Shown here in pieces: positions 7,101 through 15,824 of a stretch of 15,824 nucleotides of DNA. The stretch's first letter is position 1; the number at the start of each line of letters is the position of its first letter. A program made the translations under genes and the position numbers. The DNA is from a bacterium (lineage in GTDB: Bacteria; Eisenbacteria; RBG-16-71-46). The notes below the pieces were generated by a model, which worked only from the letters and a program-made list of their open reading frames with translations, ran no database searches and had not been told where the DNA came from. The DNA is taken from positions 1-15,824 of the forward strand of contig JAYWEM010000177.1 of the NCBI GenBank assembly GCA_043779265.1. Direction: 5' to 3'.

Positions 7101-8042
7101 AAGAAGGGACGCAAGTACGCCGCGGACTTCATCGATGAGATCGATCTCGACGACCTCGCCTGGGGGACTCCGGTCACCGAGGACGAGAAGGTCAATGAGC
7201 GCTTCTGGGCGGCGATGGACGGTGCACAGCACGCGTTCACCCGTTGCGAGAAGGAGCTGGAGAAGGAGATCGAGAAGGTCACGCGTGGCGACGAATTGCC
7301 GCCGGGCGTGGTCAAGCTCGTCAAGGTCTACATCGCCAAGAAGCGCAAGCTCTCGGTGGGCGACAAGATGGCCGGCCGACACGGCAACAAGGGTGTCGTC
7401 GCGCGCATCGTGCCTGTCGAGGACCTGCCCTACCTGCCCGACGGGCAGGTGGTCGAGATCGTCCTCAATCCGCTCGGCGTGCCCTCGCGAATGAACATCG
7501 GGCAGATCCTCGAGACGCATCTCGGCTGGGCCGCGCATCACCTTGGCTACACGTGCGCGACGCCGGTGTTCGCAGGCGCCACGCTCGACGAGATCAAGGG
7601 CCAGTTGCGCGAGGCGGGCCTGCCGGAGACCGGCAAGACCGAACTGCGTGATGGCCGTTCCGGTGACGGATTCGATCAGCCGGTCACGGTGGGCTACATG
7701 TACATGCTGAAGCTGAGCCATCTCGTGGATGACAAGATCCACGCGCGCTCGACGGGTCCGTACTCGCTCGTCACGCAGCAGCCGTTGGGCGGCAAGGCGC
7801 AGTTCGGTGGTCAGCGATTCGGCGAGATGGAGGTGTGGGCGCTCGAGGCATACGGCGCGGCCTACACGCTGCAGGAGTTGCTCACGGTCAAGAGCGACGA
7901 CGTCGCCGGCCGGTCGCGCATCTACGAGGCGATCGTGAAGGGCGAGAACCCGCCCGAGCCCGGCACGCCGGAGTCGTTCAACGTGCTTGTGAAGGAACTG
8001 CAGAGCCTCTGCCTCGAAGTCCAATTCGAAGAGGTCCACTGA
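4170..8042 (+). CDS. rpoB: DNA-directed RNA polymerase subunit beta
   Basis: 1290 aa, TTG start after AAAGGCGG. Motifs [74 protein letters not shown]. Confidence 0.99.
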   Translation: MKTARRKERKSFSKINQEWDLEIPNLLEVQLKSFRDFLQLEADPIRRRMEGLQEVFHGVFPIDDTRGLFSLEYVAYEIGDPKYTMQECIERDLSFSAPLKARLRLISREEVDGVKRDKDVIEQEVYLGELPLITESGTFIINGAERVIVSQLHRSPGVFFDELTHPNGKQLYTARIIPYRGSWVEFSLDVNDIMYVHIDRKRKLPVTVLLRALGFVGDGEILRLFYEEEGIDVRGKKAETALGRVCAQDLMDESTGEILLEANEEITAEKVEMLKKGGLAQLQVFVIPHQDDADVVRNTLRKDQTKTQEDALHRIYNLLRPGEPPRADSAREILNKLFFNPKRYDLARVGRYKLNQKLPHDALLPDRDFRKRLGLGIPGLEHTTLCREDFIVIVKYLLLLRTGGALVTGRGDEPAITDDIDHLGNRRVRSVGELLANQFNIGLARMARIIRERMSLQDQEQITPTDLVNSRTISAVIQSFFGSSQLSQFMDQTNPLAELTNKRRLSALGPGGLTRDRAGFEVRDVHYTHYGRVCPIETPEGPNIGLISSLSTYAKVNEFGFLETPYFRVQKGQVDRKRPEFLAADVEDRARIAPANTPFDKSSGKLGEPMLTVRYRGEYPTVDQNEVEYMDVSPIQLVSPAAALIPFLEHDDANRALMGSNMQRQAVPLLVTEAPLVGTGLEDKVAQDSGALVLARRKGVVEFVSGEMIAVRYERDENEPPVDYSEHQNLDLYRLTKFRRSNQDTCLNQRPVVIEGQKLKKGQVIADGPATRDGELALGRNVLSAFMPWAGYNYEDAILVSEKLIQNDVFTSIHIEEFELQVRDTKRGVEEITREIPNVSEEAVKHLDEEGIIRIGAKVRQGDILVGKVTPKGEQELSPEERLLKAIFGDKAGDVRDASLKAPPGMDGIVIDIKVFSRREKDETTKQQEKKKIEKLRRESKKERERVADVRVATIRETLDGLFVNVLKSASTGDPLAKKGRKYAADFIDEIDLDDLAWGTPVTEDEKVNERFWAAMDGAQHAFTRCEKELEKEIEKVTRGDELPPGVVKLVKVYIAKKRKLSVGDKMAGRHGNKGVVARIVPVEDLPYLPDGQVVEIVLNPLGVPSRMNIGQILETHLGWAAHHLGYTCATPVFAGATLDEIKGQLREAGLPETGKTELRDGRSGDGFDQPVTVGYMYMLKLSHLVDDKIHARSTGPYSLVTQQPLGGKAQFGGQRFGEMEVWALEAYGAAYTLQELLTVKSDDVAGRSRIYEAIVKGENPPEPGTPESFNVLVKELQSLCLEVQFEEVH

Positions 8043-8121
8043 CCGACCGGCTGCGCAGGCCAGGCCTGAATCCCGGGAGCCCCGATCGGGCGCCGAGGGA
8101 GAGGCCGGAAGGAGAGCATTC

Positions 8122-12348
<4,227 letters not shown>

Positions 12349-12352
<4 letters not shown>

Positions 12353-12378
12353 CAAGAGAAGTTATGTTCACGTAGATT
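12349..12378 (+). promoter_or_regulatory. Putative sigma70-type promoter for rpsL-rpsG-fusA-tuf
   Basis: TTGACA (12349-12354), an 18-nt AT-richer spacer, then TAGATT (12373-12378), about 100 nt upstream of rpsL. Confidence 0.7.
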
Positions 12379-12481
12379 GCCCGGTCTGCGCGTTCACGGC
12401 GGGAGTCGTACTACATGATGCCGTGCCCACAGCCGCGCGATCCCGAAGATTCCATATTGATTTGATTCCGGGGGTTTCACT

Positions 12482-12850
12482 GTGCCGACTTTGAGCCAGC
12501 TTGTCCGAAAAGGACGGCGGCCACAGAAGACCAAGACGGGTGCGCCTGCTCTCAAGGCCAGCCCGCAGAAGCGTGGCGTGTGCACTCGCGTGTACACCAC
12601 CACGCCCAAGAAGCCGAACTCCGCGCTGCGCAAGGTGGCGCGCGTCCGGCTCGTGAATGGAATCGAAGTGACTGCATACATCCCTGGCGAGGGCCATAAC
12701 CTGCAGGAGCACAGCATCGTGCTCATTCGCGGGGGCCGTGTGAAGGATCTGCCCGGCGTGCGTTATCACATCGTGCGCGGCACCCTCGATACCAGCGGAG
12801 TGAGCGGCCGTAAGAAGAGCCGTTCCAAATACGGCACCAAGTCGAAGTAA
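12482..12850 (+). CDS. rpsL: 30S ribosomal protein S12
   Basis: GTG start; [48 protein letters not shown]. Confidence 0.99.
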   Translation: MPTLSQLVRKGRRPQKTKTGAPALKASPQKRGVCTRVYTTTPKKPNSALRKVARVRLVNGIEVTAYIPGEGHNLQEHSIVLIRGGRVKDLPGVRYHIVRGTLDTSGVSGRKKSRSKYGTKSK

Positions 12851-12858
12851 GGAAGCTT

Positions 12859-12920
12859 CGCACGCGCGACGGCCATGAAGGTCGGCGCGCGTGCGTTTCG
12901 TCGCCGCCCTGTTGAGGGCG
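12859..12920 (+). promoter_or_regulatory. Two hairpins in the rpsL-rpsG spacer (possible S7 operator or weak terminator)
   Basis: CGCACGCGCG (12859-12868) pairs perfectly with CGCGCGTGCG (12886-12895), has an inner stem, and is followed by TTT. A second hairpin CGCCCT-GTTG-AGGGCG lies at 12905-12920. Confidence 0.45.
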
Positions 12921-12942
12921 CGAGATCACGAGAGGAAAGATC

Positions 12943-13413
12943 ATGCCTCGCAAGGGTGGGGTGTTCCGTCGAGAATCCGTGGCGGATCCCAAGTACGACA
13001 GCGTCCTGGTGACGCGTTTCATCAACAGCATCATGAACGGTGGGAAGCGCTCGGTTGCCGAGCGTCACTTCTACGGCGCCATGACCATGGTCGAGCAGAA
13101 GACCGGTCAGGAGGCGATGGCCGTTCTCAAGCTGGCGATGAACAATGTGAAGCCGGTCCTGGAAGTGAAGTCCCGCCGAGTCGGCGGTGCCAACTACCAG
13201 GTCCCGGTCGAAGTTCGTCCCGAGCGCCGCAATGCGCTCGCTACGCGCTGGGTCATCACCTACGCCCGTCAGCGGAACGACCAGACATTCGCGGAGAAGT
13301 TCGCGAACGAGATCATGGCCGCCGCTCGCAACGAAGGTGGAGCTGCCAAGAAGCGCGAGGACACGCACAAGATGGCTGAGGCCAACAAGGCCTTCGCGCA
13401 CTACCGCTGGTAA
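12943..13413 (+). CDS. rpsG: 30S ribosomal protein S7
   Basis: MPRKG...[39 protein letters not shown]; 156 aa; GAGG RBS. Confidence 0.99.
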   Translation: MPRKGGVFRRESVADPKYDSVLVTRFINSIMNGGKRSVAERHFYGAMTMVEQKTGQEAMAVLKLAMNNVKPVLEVKSRRVGGANYQVPVEVRPERRNALATRWVITYARQRNDQTFAEKFANEIMAAARNEGGAAKKREDTHKMAEANKAFAHYRW

Positions 13414-13578
13414 CCCCGATGTGACCAAGGTCGGCCCCGCGCCGACCTGGGTGATGCGCCCGACAGCGCCCGCCTCCCCCGTCCACCGGAACTCATGCCT
13501 CATCACCGCTTTCTCTTCGGGAAAGGCAGGTGGTGCTCCAGAAGTCCTGATCGCTCTGAAACGAAGGATCATCGTTCG

Positions 13579-15657
<2,079 letters not shown>

Positions 15658-15713
15658 TCGGATAGGGAGGCGCCACGAGCGCCCCGTGTGTGGTGTCCAC
15701 CGGAATTGAGTGA

Positions 15714-15824
<111 letters not shown>

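Noticed and set aside
12600..12760. Streptomycin-resistance changes in S12
   Set aside because: PKKPNSA and RVKDLPG are both wild type.

Overview
This GC-rich bacterial window holds the core transcription/translation cluster, all on the + strand: 'tuf (3' end) - rpmG - tRNA-Trp(CCA) - secE - nusG - rplK - [unknown 66-aa ORF] - rplA - rplJ - rplL - rpoB - rpoC - rpsL - rpsG - fusA - tuf' (5' start). RNA polymerase signatures suggest an FCB-group lineage (inference). I found no mobile element, CRISPR array or defence system. The main departures from the textbook locus are: (1) a small acidic ORF with a strong RBS lies between rplK and rplA, flanked by imperfect direct and inverted repeats and structured spacers; (2) an L1-binding operator sits in front of rplA, while rplJ follows rplA after only 13 nt with no L10 leader; (3) rpoC is broken by a +1 frameshift in a G-run at about 9180-9185, most likely a sequencing error; (4) RpoB has Asn at the E. 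coli H526 rifampicin-contact position; (5) an 11-nt duplication at the nusG start gives an in-frame 21-aa extension. The long minus-strand ORFs are codon-bias shadows.
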